DNA of 64,000 bases from Cirrosporium novae-zelandiae (lineage: Eukaryota), in assembly GCA_026023565.1 (NCBI GenBank), contig JAPETS010000014.1, positions 558,001-622,000 of the forward strand. Reading direction: 5' to 3'. A program made the position numbers and the translations under genes. This document shows, piece after piece, positions 26,358-38,196 of this stretch (the stretch's first letter is position 1; each line of letters starts with the position of its first letter). The notes beneath the pieces were generated by a model. That model searched no databases and was not told the origin of the DNA. It saw nothing but the letters and a program-made list of their open reading frames with translations.

Positions 26358-26950
26358 TCAATTAATAAAATTCACACAAAAGAAATGTAATATCATGCTT
26401 CCAAAGACGTAATCTGCGAACGCCCTGTAATAGGTTAGTAGCCATCAATTGAAACAGATATGGATATAAAGGGATATAAAACGTACCTCTCATGACTAAT
26501 CCGCACAAACTCCCCCTTATTCTCCTCATTCGTCTGAATCCTCAAACTAGCCGTCAGTACAAACTGTCCCACCGTGGCACTAAATCCCGATAGGAATGCA
26601 TTGAATGGCTAAAATACACAAATCAGCAACTTCCCCATCATATCCCCCCATCCCAAAACGAAAAAAAAAGGGAGCACAAAAGAACGTACATAATTCCCCC
26701 CAACAACACAATATAAAAACTGTACCGCGCCCACCACCATCAAAAATACCAAAAAGGCATCTAGGATTTTTACGCGGGGGGGGGTTTTGGATGTGTATTT
26801 GGAAGAGAGCGTGTGCAGGATTTGGAGGTGGGTTGCTTCATATGACGAAGATGGAGAGTGGGTTTTTGAGGAAGAGGTGGTTGTGGTGGGTGTTGGGGGG
26901 GTGGGAACGGAGGAGGTAGTAGAAGAGGTGTTGCGTTTGGGGGGGGCCAT
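26358..26950 (-). CDS. OST2: Oligosaccharyltransferase subunit Ost2/DAD1 (149 aa); exons 26950-26690, 26608-26487, 26424-26358
   Basis: [52 protein letters not shown]...[25 protein letters not shown]. Confidence 0.96.
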
Positions 26951-27587
26951 TGTGAGTTTCGCTTTTCTTTTTTTCAATTTAGATAGGAGTAATTGAGTCG
27001 AATTGGATTGAGATTGAATTGGAAAGGTAATATAATGAGGAAGTGAAAGGTGAAAGGGTGAATGTGGTTTCGAATTCGATTCGTATATCTAAAGTGCAAG
27101 TGGTCTCTTTTTCGAAAAGGCAACGTCGCGCCAAGATCAAAGATCGGGGTTAGAGCTCCGAGCTTGGTTTGTGTTTTGCTCTGACCGACCGGCCGAGTTT
27201 GTTCGTTTGTTTGTCGGGGTATCGGGGTATTAATTCATTAGTCGTTATGATTGGGCGAGAGAGGGGCAAGGCAAGCCACGGATAAGGGAGCACGGACCAT
27301 GTAAGCTTGAAGAACGAGAGTTGGAGAGTTGAAGAGAGGAGTTCCCTTCTCTTGCTCTCTTATTGGAACCTATAAAAGAAACGAGGTTCACTTGCTTCTC
27401 TTCTCCTCAACTTCCTTCTCCTTCTTTCCAATCAGAATCCTGATTTGGAATTGAACGAGAAGAAAAAGAAAAAATACATAATTAGACGGATTAACAAACG
27501 CTTTCAAAGCGTTCTTATAAAAAACTTTCCACTCTACTCCACTCTAACTCGATTCTTGAAAACATATAATAAGGAAAAGGAGCAATA

Positions 27588-27996
27588 ATGGTTCGTTTCT
27601 GTCCCTATCCCTCACTTTCACTCTCACCCATTTCATCCATCAAAAACTAACCCCCCCCCCCTTCCCCTCTAGTCTCCCCCCTCCACACTCGCCTACACCC
27701 TCAGCGCCCTAACAGCCCTCGGCGGCCTAACAGGCTACATCCGCGCCCGCTCCCTCCCCTCCCTAATCGCCGGTCTAACAGTCGGCTCCCTCTACGGCCT
27801 CGGCGCCTACCGAATGCAAAACAAATTACCTTATGGTGTGGAACTGGCTTTGCTTGCTAGTGCGGTTTTGGGTGGGAGTTCGATTCCGAGGGCTGTGCGG
27901 TCGGGCGGGAGGAAGGTGGTTCCTGTTGGGTTGAGTGTTGGGGCTGTGGTGGGGTTGGGGGTTTTTGGGAACGCTTGGAGCGGGGGGAGGGATTAG
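27588..27996 (+). CDS. TMEM14-family small membrane protein (108 aa); exons 27588-27590 (ATG only) and 27673-27996
   Basis: AYTLSALTALGGLTGYIRARSLPSLIAGLTVGSLYG (TMEM14 signature GGxxGYxxxxSxPSLIAG); ATG|GTTCGT...ACTAAC...TAG intron in phase 0. Confidence 0.9.
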
Positions 27997-28713
27997 AGGT
28001 GAGAGGGTGAGTTGGGTTGAGCTGGGTTGGGGGATGGCTTATATGCTATGAGGGAGGGGGATGGCTTATCTTTTTTTCCCCTGGAGGCTTGGGGAATTGG
28101 ATGGATAGGTGGTATCTGTCCGGTACGAAACATCTCTTAATGTATCAGTAATACCAAAAGCAGAAAGAAACAGAAAGAATTTGAGATGATAAAAATTCTA
28201 GGTCTAGGTCCAGGCCATATACACATATAGCTAGAGAGATACTGTAAAGACAGCTAAAAAATTATCCTACAAACGCCATATCATGCATCCAGACCTTTTA
28301 ACCCCCCCAAAGAAACAAAACGCATAAAGTCGAAGCGGAAATTTTTGTGTATCATCCAATTCCATCCGTCCGCCCATAAAACTAATCGAGCCCGCGTAAC
28401 GCCAACAGATGCCTTTCCCTATATCCAGTAGCAAACACCTATCAATCAATAATGATTATTCACTTTTATTGTCCGCATGTCGCCTTCGTCTTATCAACCA
28501 ACCAATCAATCAATCAATAAAGACGGAATTTATGGGTTTTTGTCCTGTCCAGTTAGTTCAAATTGTAAATCATCTTTACTTTGCACCAACTTTCTGAGCG
28601 TCATCGGATTCATCTTGTAGAAGATCAGTGCTACTTCGGTCTCGTCGTGCAATATGTTATCTAGTAGAATGATAGGTTTTCGACAAAAACTCACCACAAG
28701 GAGCTCTTCCATT

Positions 28714-30010
28714 TTATTTCTTAAAGTACCCCGTACTCCCGTCAACAATCAACGGACCTTCATCTCCTCTTTTCTTCTTTTTCTTTCCTTCCGTCGCCTT
28801 CTCCTCCCTTCCTTTCCCTTTTTCGTTCTGCTCCACTTCTGGCGGTTCCGTTGGTCCCATAGCTGTCCTGGAACTGGTACGAGCAGCATCATCACTTTCT
28901 CGATCTAGTCTCACGCATATTCTTTTTCCTAATAAAAGGCCTCCATCCAACATGTTTACTGCCTTGACAGCGTCTTGTGCCTTTCGAAAAGTTGCCTTGG
29001 CATGTCCTTTGCTCTTCTTCGTAACCGGGTCGGGCAACACGTCACATCGTTCCACACTTCCAGCTTGACGGAGATAATCTTTCACATGTTTCCAAGTAGC
29101 GGCATAAGGCAATTGGGTTATGAAAACGCTGCGAACGGGGGTGATGTGTGCGCCGTGGGTAATATTGACGGGATGTGAGGTACTGGGCGAAGGACAATAA
29201 ATAGGTGGCGGGGTCAAGGGAGTAGATGGCATGGCGCTATAGTACGATATAACGGACAACGTTGGCGATGCTGGGGTAAAAGCCGGAAGAAGAACAGGTG
29301 GAGCCATAACTGTCATTGGAGGTGGACTGGGTTCTGGAATAATCGCACCGGTAGGGGTACGCCCTGGTATAATGTTGGGAGCAATAGGGCTGAGAGGGAC
29401 GGGAGCCATCGAGTAGACTGGCGGTGGTGGTGCGCGAGACCTTCGATCGCGATGCCGATTACTTATTGATGAGTGTAGAGACCCCCTTGCAGGGAAATGT
29501 GGATTCGCATGTGGACTTGCATGTGGATTGGCTTGTTGTGGCGCAATAACTTGAGCAGGAGTGCTTGGTCCGGCAATACGTTCTGGAGGTGAACTTGCTT
29601 TTGAAAGCTGTGCGCTCAAAGGGCTTCCATGCCAGGTATAGGTCGAGAGTCTATCTTCGCCCAGTCAGCTAGGAAAGGTCCAACCAAGGAAGTAGTATAC
29701 TGTATGCGATCCATGCTTCCTTTTCCCCTTTGATGATCACGTGTCCAAGACCACTAGGAAATCCGTCGATATAGTCATGTACATCGGACCTGCGAATGTT
29801 GCAGCCAAAACTACGAACGAGATCCTTTAGCTCTTGCCATTCGCATTGTGGTGGTATCTTATCCTTTGCTTTAGTTTTCGGTAATATTTTGTCTTGAAAA
29901 TGTTCAAAATAAGGGAACCTGAACCCACTTACACCGGATATAAAGACTACATATTCCTCTTCGTCATTTGGACGGCTGCGGCCACCTCCTTTGCTGCGAA
30001 TGCCAGCCAT
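28714..30010 (-). CDS. Two-RRM RNA-binding protein with a Pro/Ser-rich linker (391 aa); exons 30010-29933, 29857-29701, 29654-28714
   Basis: RRM1 VVFISG-IPPQCEWQELKDLVR...GLGHVII. RRM2 VFITQLPYAATWKHVKDYLRQAGSVERCDV...SKGHAKATF..AVNMLDGGLLLGKRICVRLDRE. The WxxLKD motif is SR/Gbp2-like. Probable 5'-UTR intron at ~30065-30113. Confidence 0.85.
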
Positions 30011-33000
30011 TGGCAGGAAGGTCGACCGAGGGCCAAGCCAGAGGCGATTTCTACCTTGCAGGAACTAGATATCAATTAGATTGACAGAAAAATAAACATT
30101 TTGAGGTGCTTACAAAACTTTCTTGATGACTAGAATTTTCTTGCGCGTTTGACCCTACTAGACCAAAACTTTACTAGAGCAATTGCGTAGACCTTATAAG
30201 AAATATCGTAGTCAATATTGCCACAGAACTTGTAGTCATCCAATAAACAGGGACACCGAGGAAGGGATGAAACGGAATGTGCTATATGTCATGCATTAAT
30301 CGTCAAGTACCAAACCTAGCACCCAAATAGAACGTGCCTGATCAAATGAGATTATCAAGACCAGAAACTATCAAAGGTAGCAAGATAAGCGTTACCTGAG
30401 GACAGAACTCTAGTCTTAAGAATGATGTTGGAAGAGTCTCGACCGTTCTCTACTCTATTGTCGGTCAGGGCCGAAACTTGGAACAGAATAGATAAAGGAA
30501 ATAAACTGATGCCGTGGAAGGGAACACTGCTCCTGAAACTTCGATGGATCAAGGGAGACTCTAAATACCACCATGGGATCGCATAGCTAGGTTGAATCAA
30601 ACGAAAGCAGAACCGAGGAGATCCCTTTGGCAAGGAAACGAAAACCAACGTCTCCTCATTTATTTCATAGAGCATGGATGGCATTTCATGCATGTTGTTT
30701 GCCATCATGAGAGAAGGATGTTCTCTTGGTTATCCAAATTTCAAGTAGCCAAACCTTGACACACGGGCGCAGATACCAAAGTATCTGTAATCATTATAGC
30801 AAGGTCCTGATAGGCTGCTGAATCTTACTCATACCATCAAACAGTCTTTTTTGTATGTTCAGTCATGCTACCAGTCGCTCGGACTCAAGCGCATCTCGCT
30901 ATGTGGCAAGGCGAGGTAAAAGCTGGAGGCGAGTTTGGGGCTTGTGAGCATGGATGTAAATTTGAGGCAGACCCGCAGATATGGAAACAATTTTTCGAGA
31001 CAGATTGGTTGACAGACCACCTGAAAATCAAAGCCTTACTGAGGATCATGATAGTAAATGGACAGATAAACCGGAAGAGTAATGCGACGCGCCACATTAA
31101 GAACTTCTGGCTGTCAGAGTGGATTTGTCGAAGCAAAAGGCATGAGGTAGCTAGGATGAATAACCAAGGGGGATTTCCTTGCATGCAGCAAAATCGGCGG
31201 ATAAATTGTGATATCACATTTTTTTCGAGAAGATGAGAGTTGGAGGGAATGATATTTATCGAATGAGAATGTTTGAGGGACATAACTATCAGTGGCGCTT
31301 GGTCCTTCCGGCCTCGAAAATTGTTGGTAACCTCGGCCTTGAGAGGCACTAGAGAGCAGAGAGGTGATAATTGGACGACGTATACGCACGAATGGCTATG
31401 GTGTAGGCAACAACCATGTCTACACCAACCAATTTAGTTGAACCCGTTCACCTGAAGCTAATCTGTAGTCTGCTGTGAACCATTTCTGCGGTATCAACTA
31501 GACCAGTTGAGTCACGTAAATCCTGTCGAGCAATGAGAACAGTCAGGAGACGCAAAAGCAGCAGACGCAGACGCAGGAAACGCGACAAGCTTAAAATAAA
31601 CCAAATAGGCCGAAGAAGAAGCCGACATGGCCGTCTTGCACGACTCACGAGTCTGTCTATCAGTTGCACTTCCATCTTTTACACCAATCAAACATTCGAG
31701 GGGCATTGCCATGGCCTCCTGCAGATATAGCCGCTTTTGTGCGAGTACATGTGGCTCTTCAGGGTAGATCCGCTGCATGTTGCAAGCCATCAATACCTAC
31801 CCTGGTTCTTTTTTAACTGTAGATATTTTCTGAGTCTGAAAGTCCGTGCCTTTGCTCTCCCCGGACCACCCCATCCTATTCGTATTCAATGGGCGGCACC
31901 ATCTCGGCCCTAGAAAGCCTTGCTTTTTCCATCCAGGCCCGTAGACCAGGTTCTTAAAAATAATCCTGGGGATCAGACTATAGTTGAGGATGAGGATAAA
32001 GCCCCGCAAAAAGGTAGAAGCTGAGTGGTGGCCTAGATGCGGAGAATGAAAAAAATGTTACACGGAGCTAGGATGATTTTCTCCAACTGTTGGAGCCAAT
32101 GTCTGTATGTACGTTGTTCCCCGTAGGCCCATAAGCTATGCAGCTCTCGGAAATGCTCGAAGCAGGTCAAAGCATAACAGCTGCACAATGTGAAAAGGAG
32201 CAGATGATTCAAGCGCAAGAAAATGAGGTTATAAGCATCAACATGGCGATAATAGAAAGATATGTGGCGTATGTAGATAGATACTAGAGGTTCAACCAAG
32301 GTCATTAGACTCCAAGGATGAGTTATCTTTGTCTTTCGGCATCATTATCATGGCCACGGCTCTCCATTCCCGTACTTCCGTACCCTCACTCCCGTGTTCC
32401 CGTGTTCCCCGCTCCCTCTCCCTCTCCTTCGATTGCGGTCAACTATCACCAGAGTCATACATAGTATACAGGAAGAATTGTTATTAATGTCACTGCCCTT
32501 TGGGCTGCTCTTAGAAATGTAATGTTCTTTGTCTGCCCAATTTTGCCCTGACTATCAACAGTGTTCTCCTGCATAGCTGCCTTAAGCATGACCGTCAATC
32601 AAGATCACAAGGAAAGGAACAGGCCTGGCATTTACGAGGAAAATAACTGCAACATTCCAAGACCTTACTCAATAATGGGGTCCCATTTACGTCTACTCGG
32701 GATAAAACATAAATAATCATTATCACACACAAACCCTTTTACTTAATGGGCACTTCCACCACCCAGATACTCAAATTATCGTGCTCATTGCAATTTCAAT
32801 CGATGATAATATTTCATGTTTATTGTTGGACGAACTGCTTCTCTATCCCCGGATAATAATACGTGTAATAAGCCAATCGACAACCTAGCAATCAGTTTTC
32901 CTCTGCAGTTGCAAGATCCGTGCTTTCCCCACCGAGTAATAGCATATAAGGTGGCGCAAAATAATCTGCGAACCAAGTCCAGTCCCTTCCTCTTCATCTT

Positions 33001-33561
33001 TAAGTTATGCCGCGCTTCCACCCGTAAACACCGCTCCGAAATCATGTTCCCCTCAGAAGCAGGTCTCATTTGCTTCCTGCATCTTTCCTCCCGCCTCTCA
33101 ACTCAATTCACATGTCATTCATCAAGAACCCCCGAAACCCAATCCGAATTCACTCAAAAGTCCTCAGACGCGGTGATCGAGATAGTTGTGTTAAGCCCAG
33201 CGGTCTGATAACCGAATGAGCCCAGATCCGCTGCTGAATGGCTCCAGGCCGATATCAATGTATAATTCGCGGCATCAAGTCTCAATATGTTTCAGACTCA
33301 AATTCTTCCGCAGTGTCGCAAAGCATTAGGTGGTTTCATATCCAAGTCATTTGAAACGCAGGGTCGTCAGATTTGTTGCGTCATCATATCCGAGCCCCAC
33401 GGAGACTTGTGTCACCCAATATGATTGGGAACCCATGACCATCAATATGTATTCGGTAAATCGTATAAGGGCGGAAGAGCGTTGTGAACTCTTGGATGGC
33501 TAGTAATAAAAGAAACTGTTTGTCCCACAGGACGAGGTTTCCGACAAGTTTCGAAAAGCGC

Positions 33562-33816
33562 TTATCGCAAATACCCCACCAAGCCCGCACATCTAGTGCA
33601 ATAAAAGGAGTTTATTCCAAAACGCACGGCGCCTTTGACAGCTCCCTTGGAATTAGCAGAGACGGCGTCAATGCTTAGAGATCGCTGACATCGACAACAG
33701 CGGACAACGTCAAAAGCGGAGGGTAATTGTGGGCTGGGTGAGAGCGATGAAGTGCTACTCCCACTGTCTGATCGACTGGTGCTTGGGATCGGCTGGGAAA
33801 GTTTGGAGGCGTCCAT
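33562..33816 (-). CDS. Small uncharacterised protein (84 aa) with a Ser-rich N-terminus and a C-terminal CxxC...CxxC putative zinc finger
   Basis: MDASKLSQPIPS...VVRCCRCQRSLS...VRFGINSFYCTRCAGLVGY; good start context (AACATGG). Confidence 0.7.
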   Translation of the reverse strand: MDASKLSQPIPSTSRSDSGSSTSSLSPSPQLPSAFDVVRCCRCQRSLSIDAVSANSKGAVKGAVRFGINSFYCTRCAGLVGYLR

Positions 33817-34700
33817 GTTTGAATGTTGGTTATGGTCAGGAAGACTTGGTCGAGCCCAGTTTAAAAATGATTGTTGGATTGCCAAGACAGAAGATGGATA
33901 TCTGGTGAGGGCGCTATGGAGCGGAATTGTAGACAAAAACGGGTGGGATAATCAGTATGGGGAACAAATTGAAAGGTTGGCGTGGTGGGCGGTGCAGTAA
34001 ATAGATTATTGCAACAGCGATGATGAGACCGAAATCGAATCAAAATCCGGTAAAGAGTATGGAATGGTCAAGGAATCACCAAGCGCCTGCGCAGTTGACT
34101 TCGTAATTCCTTGGTTTCTGTGGAATAACACAGATTGCGTCAGTGGATGGAAAAGCACAGTGGCTTGTGGAAGCTAGAGATGATAGCGGAGTGGTAGGAA
34201 TTGGTGGGAATTGGTGGGAGCTGGGGGGTGGTTTAAGAATAGCCTGGTTAGTGTAGGTAGTTAAAGTCCTACTACTGGATGATGACAGGAAACTTGTAAA
34301 TAGAAAAAAAAAATATGCAAAAAAATTGTGTGGCTTTGTGACTTCTAAGACCTCTACTTGTAGGACTTCCAAGACTTTCTCTGGATGATTATTTATTAGG
34401 TCAACGGATGTATCGGTGATGAGTCTTTTTTGGGCAGAAGAGGAGTTTTTTTTTCTTTCTTTCCTTCTTTTCGGATTAAGAAGATAGGCAGACAAGGCAT
34501 GAAATTAGAGGGATAATCGGCAAAGGGTGGAAGGGCAACTTAGGCAGAAACAAGTCTGGAGCATCTGGACATAGTTAGGCCTTAGTCGTCTTAGTCACTC
34601 TTAGTAGAACGGATACAAACGGCTAGTTAACTTTATTGCCCCCCGTCAAAATCGGCAAAATCAGCAAAATTGCCCAGCCTGACCAACCTACCCGTCGCTA

Positions 34701-34753
34701 TCCAACAACGCCCAGCAACGCCCAGCAACGCCCAGCAACGCCCAGCGACGCCC
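34701..34753. repeat. 10-bp tandem repeat (CCCAGCAACG) x5
   Basis: tccaacaacg cccagcaacg cccagcaacg cccagcaacg cccagcgacg ccc. Confidence 0.95.
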
Positions 34754-36771
34754 GTATTGCCAAATCTAGTCAAGAACCCCAACATCAACTTCTACCCATA
34801 CCCGTTCCTTCCGAACATCCAACGGTATTTCTATTAACTGCACAACTATTGTTGGATTCTTCTAGGCATCAGTTATTATCAACCACTCACGCACCCGGCT
34901 GTTGTTGATAATTAATCATTGGGTTCAATTTCCCAAATCCGAGGTATTTCTCGTATTGATGGGGACATGAGATGTGGCTGAGTAAGACTAGGGCTGTTCC
35001 TCAAACAACAGCCACGATATCCAAGATATGAGTTATTTCATCTAAATTAGAAATATACACTTGAACATCTCCCGCACATTCAGTGTGTTTCAAGTCAAAT
35101 AAGATTTGAACGATCCACCAACGACCCACAACGGTAGGGACACAGATATCAATTAATTATGTGAACTCTGAGTTGAAATCTAGAACCAATGGGAATAGGA
35201 TGGCTGGCGAGACCCATTGAAGAACCTCTGGCCCCTCTTCGACTTTTTATCCCTAACAGATCCTGAACAGATTCCTCACAAATCTGTAACAGAATACACC
35301 TTGTTGTCCGGGGCCGCATGGTATTTCAAAACTGCGCCCTCATGCCAGTTGGACTGTCCCAACCAATAAGCATCTATCGAACTTCGGGTTTCGGATTTAT
35401 AAAAAGGTGAAAATAACTAACAACAAAAACGAGGCTTTCCTATGTCGATTAATCGCATAGTTAATCTAGCTCACACTCGGCCTGTCAAGAGCTTAGAAAG
35501 TAAGGCGTTCGAACCACGTTTTAGGTACAAGGTATGGTAGCCGCTGTAACTACAAAAGAAGGTTGAAAGTGCTCTTTGTTCAGAAACAAAGAAAAGCTCC
35601 AAGGGTCGATCCACCAATAATGTTGTTAGTTAATCAAAACTGTAGGAACAACAGACAGAACCAGGCCTTCGGGAAACAGTAAGCTGCCGAGAAAAAGGCA
35701 ATCATTATAGAAACCAACTATGTATAGTGGGGTGAGATGCATTTGATGGTATTAGCTGCGAACACTGATGAGATTGTGTTCCTGTCAACCGACCTTTGAT
35801 TTGACAAATTTAAAGGAATTAATACTTGTAGAAGGGCCGAGTCAAGGGATTGATTTTTGATTTGACTTTTGACTTCCAACTGTGAATAAAATATTTTGGA
35901 CCCCACCCCAGGGACTTGGTTATCTCGCATGTGAAAATACATCCTCAACAGACTATTGTTTGTTGACTGAACGGCTATGAACGGAATAAATGCGAAGGAC
36001 AGAATACCTCTAGGCCTTTTGAGTAATAGTAACGAGTAAATACGTAAATAATGAAATGAAAAAAGAATAGTTCTCATGGTTCAGGGAACAGAAAAATATC
36101 AAAAAGTTTTTTTATTGGAGCAGGTGACTGATTTGGTTCCCGTAAATACAATTAGCTGCAAAGGATTTAATGGTTGGGACTGCCCACCTGTTCAAGAGAT
36201 TGGACATGGAAGAGATGGAATACAATAATACGAGTACACGTACAAACCCTTATCATCTGCGCCAGATGCCGCGGCTGTTTTTTTTTGTTTTGTTTTTTTT
36301 GCGTTTCAGTTCATCAATTCAACATTCAACGTTTGTTAGAAATCTTGAAAGGGAATCTGGAAAGGGAATCTGGAAAGGAATTGAGGGAACGATGACACCG
36401 CACTGATCTCTAAATGGTCAAGCGAAAGTGGAAAGCGCAAAAAGTGCCGCCCAGTCTATCGCCTGCTGGCCTTAAACTGGCCTACTTTACGTTACTTACC
36501 TTTGCCTTTGCCGATGACCGTTTCTACTAATCCATGTTTGAACCCAAACATTATTTTCTGCGAAAAGCGAATTTGCCAGATCTTCTTCCTTCGTCTGCTT
36601 CCGGTCTCATTCTATGATCTTCCCTTGATCAATAATACATTCTAGTTGATCCATCTTTGTTCTGAAATCCCTTTGATCCAAATAACCATCCCTCCAGGCC
36701 CTTGAGTCCACTCTCCCACCCTTATCGATAGCGCGATAGTCTTTGGACCTTGACCAACTCACCATCTTATC

Positions 36772-37560
36772 ATGGGGAAATCTCCAAATCTTTACACGTT
36801 TTCGAACATCGACAATCTCGCCAAAAGTCTGCGCACTTATATTGTCCACTGTCAGAACTCTGGACTAGGTCGCCATGGCGTTTTCAAGGTAGCTGTCTCG
36901 GGCGGCTCCCTGCCTCACACATTGGCAAAAGCCCTCCTCGCCCCCAGTAAAGGGTCCGATGACGTGATACACTTTAACAAATGGGAGATTTTCTTCGCAG
37001 ACGAGCGCGCCGTCCCTTTAGATCATCCCGACAGTAATTATAAACTTCTGAAAGATGAGCTCCTCGACAAGATACCTGCAAAGGCGGGAAAACCAGCAGT
37101 TCATCCTGTTGATATAAAATACCTTGATGATATTCAAGAGATGGCCGATTTATATCAAGAAGAGTTGATGAAATCTTTTGCTGCAAAGGATAGTGTCAAG
37201 CTTCCCATATTTGACCTCCTTCTGCTTGGATGCGGCCCCGATGGTCACACCTGCAGTCTTTTTCCCAACCATGAACTTCTTCGTGAATCTGACGCCTGGG
37301 TTGCTCCTATTGAAGATTCACCAAAACCTCCTGCAAAACGGATCACATTAACCCTCCCTGTGGTCACGCATGGCCTGAAAATTGCATTTGTTGCCACCGG
37401 GGAGGGGAAAAAGAAGATACTGAAAGAGATTCTCGATACTGAAGATGGGCGGAGCTTGCCGTGTGGGTTGGTGAATGAAGGAGGTGGGGATAAAGTCAGT
37501 TGGTTTACAGATGCTAAAGCTGTTGAAGGAACCACATTTCCACGAAGAGGAAGTCTTTAA
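36772..37560 (+). CDS. SOL1: 6-phosphogluconolactonase (Sol1/Sol3 family), 262 aa, single exon
   Basis: VAVSGGSLP, WEIFFADERAVPLDHPDSNY, DLLLLGCGPDGHTCSLFP and DSPKPPAKRITLTLP motifs. Confidence 0.95.
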   Translation: MGKSPNLYTFSNIDNLAKSLRTYIVHCQNSGLGRHGVFKVAVSGGSLPHTLAKALLAPSKGSDDVIHFNKWEIFFADERAVPLDHPDSNYKLLKDELLDKIPAKAGKPAVHPVDIKYLDDIQEMADLYQEELMKSFAAKDSVKLPIFDLLLLGCGPDGHTCSLFPNHELLRESDAWVAPIEDSPKPPAKRITLTLPVVTHGLKIAFVATGEGKKKILKEILDTEDGRSLPCGLVNEGGGDKVSWFTDAKAVEGTTFPRRGSL

Positions 37561-38196
37561 ATCTTATACTGTTTGGCATGTGTGAAGCCAGACCCCTCTC
37601 GCAGTCTTGTTTGATGCAGAAGTACATTCATGATTACCGTGATACGACCCCCGAGATTTTTATTTGTTAGCGATGTCTGGTGAGGTTTCATCTGATGACA
37701 CCCCTTAATGCTACCAGTTCCGAATGATGATTGGAGGATATGCAAAGTCAAGCGTTCTAGCCCTGCTCGATGTTGTGTCTATCTTATAAAAAAATCTTGA
37801 ATTGACATGAACAAATCGTGACCAACCATTGTAGGCCCATGTCATTCTAGGGACAGACATGAAAAAATATGGAAAAGGTTTTTGATGGGTATTTTCTTAC
37901 AAGCCGATCTCCTCAGAACATACAATACTCCCTCAAAGTCTGCTGTTAGTATACTCTCAGTTATAAATAATGCCAAAAGAGACTTATGCTCACAATGAAA
38001 GGTAGCTTGTGATATCTCGATAAGGAATGGTACCTGCGGAAGAAAGTAATTCCTGAGGTTCTCCAGTCATAGCTTCAACTAGAGCTTCAATCAACGAGAG
38101 CAGTAAACAAAACAATCACCAAGTACCCAAGATACAACCTTTGACAATAACTTTTAATTTCTGCCTATCAACCCTTCTCTAGAATTTATTGTGAGA

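Noticed and set aside
30865..31349. Overlapping 123-aa (+) and 154-aa (-) ORFs
   Set aside because: No recognisable domain or splice-supported model
31533..31730. Arg-rich protamine-like 65-aa ORF
   Set aside because: The Arg run derives from a short GCAGAC repeat; no other support
34701..34753. Regular direct repeats as a CRISPR-like array
   Set aside because: Head-to-tail 10-mers with no spacers, in a eukaryotic genome with no cas genes
35460..35530. GTTCGAACC B-box suggesting a tRNA or SINE
   Set aside because: I could not build a cloverleaf, acceptor stem or matching A-box
37555..37600. Cryptic peroxisomal targeting of 6-phosphogluconolactonase by stop readthrough
   Set aside because: The stop is TAA-ATC, not the leaky TGA-CTA context, and GSL is not a canonical PTS1
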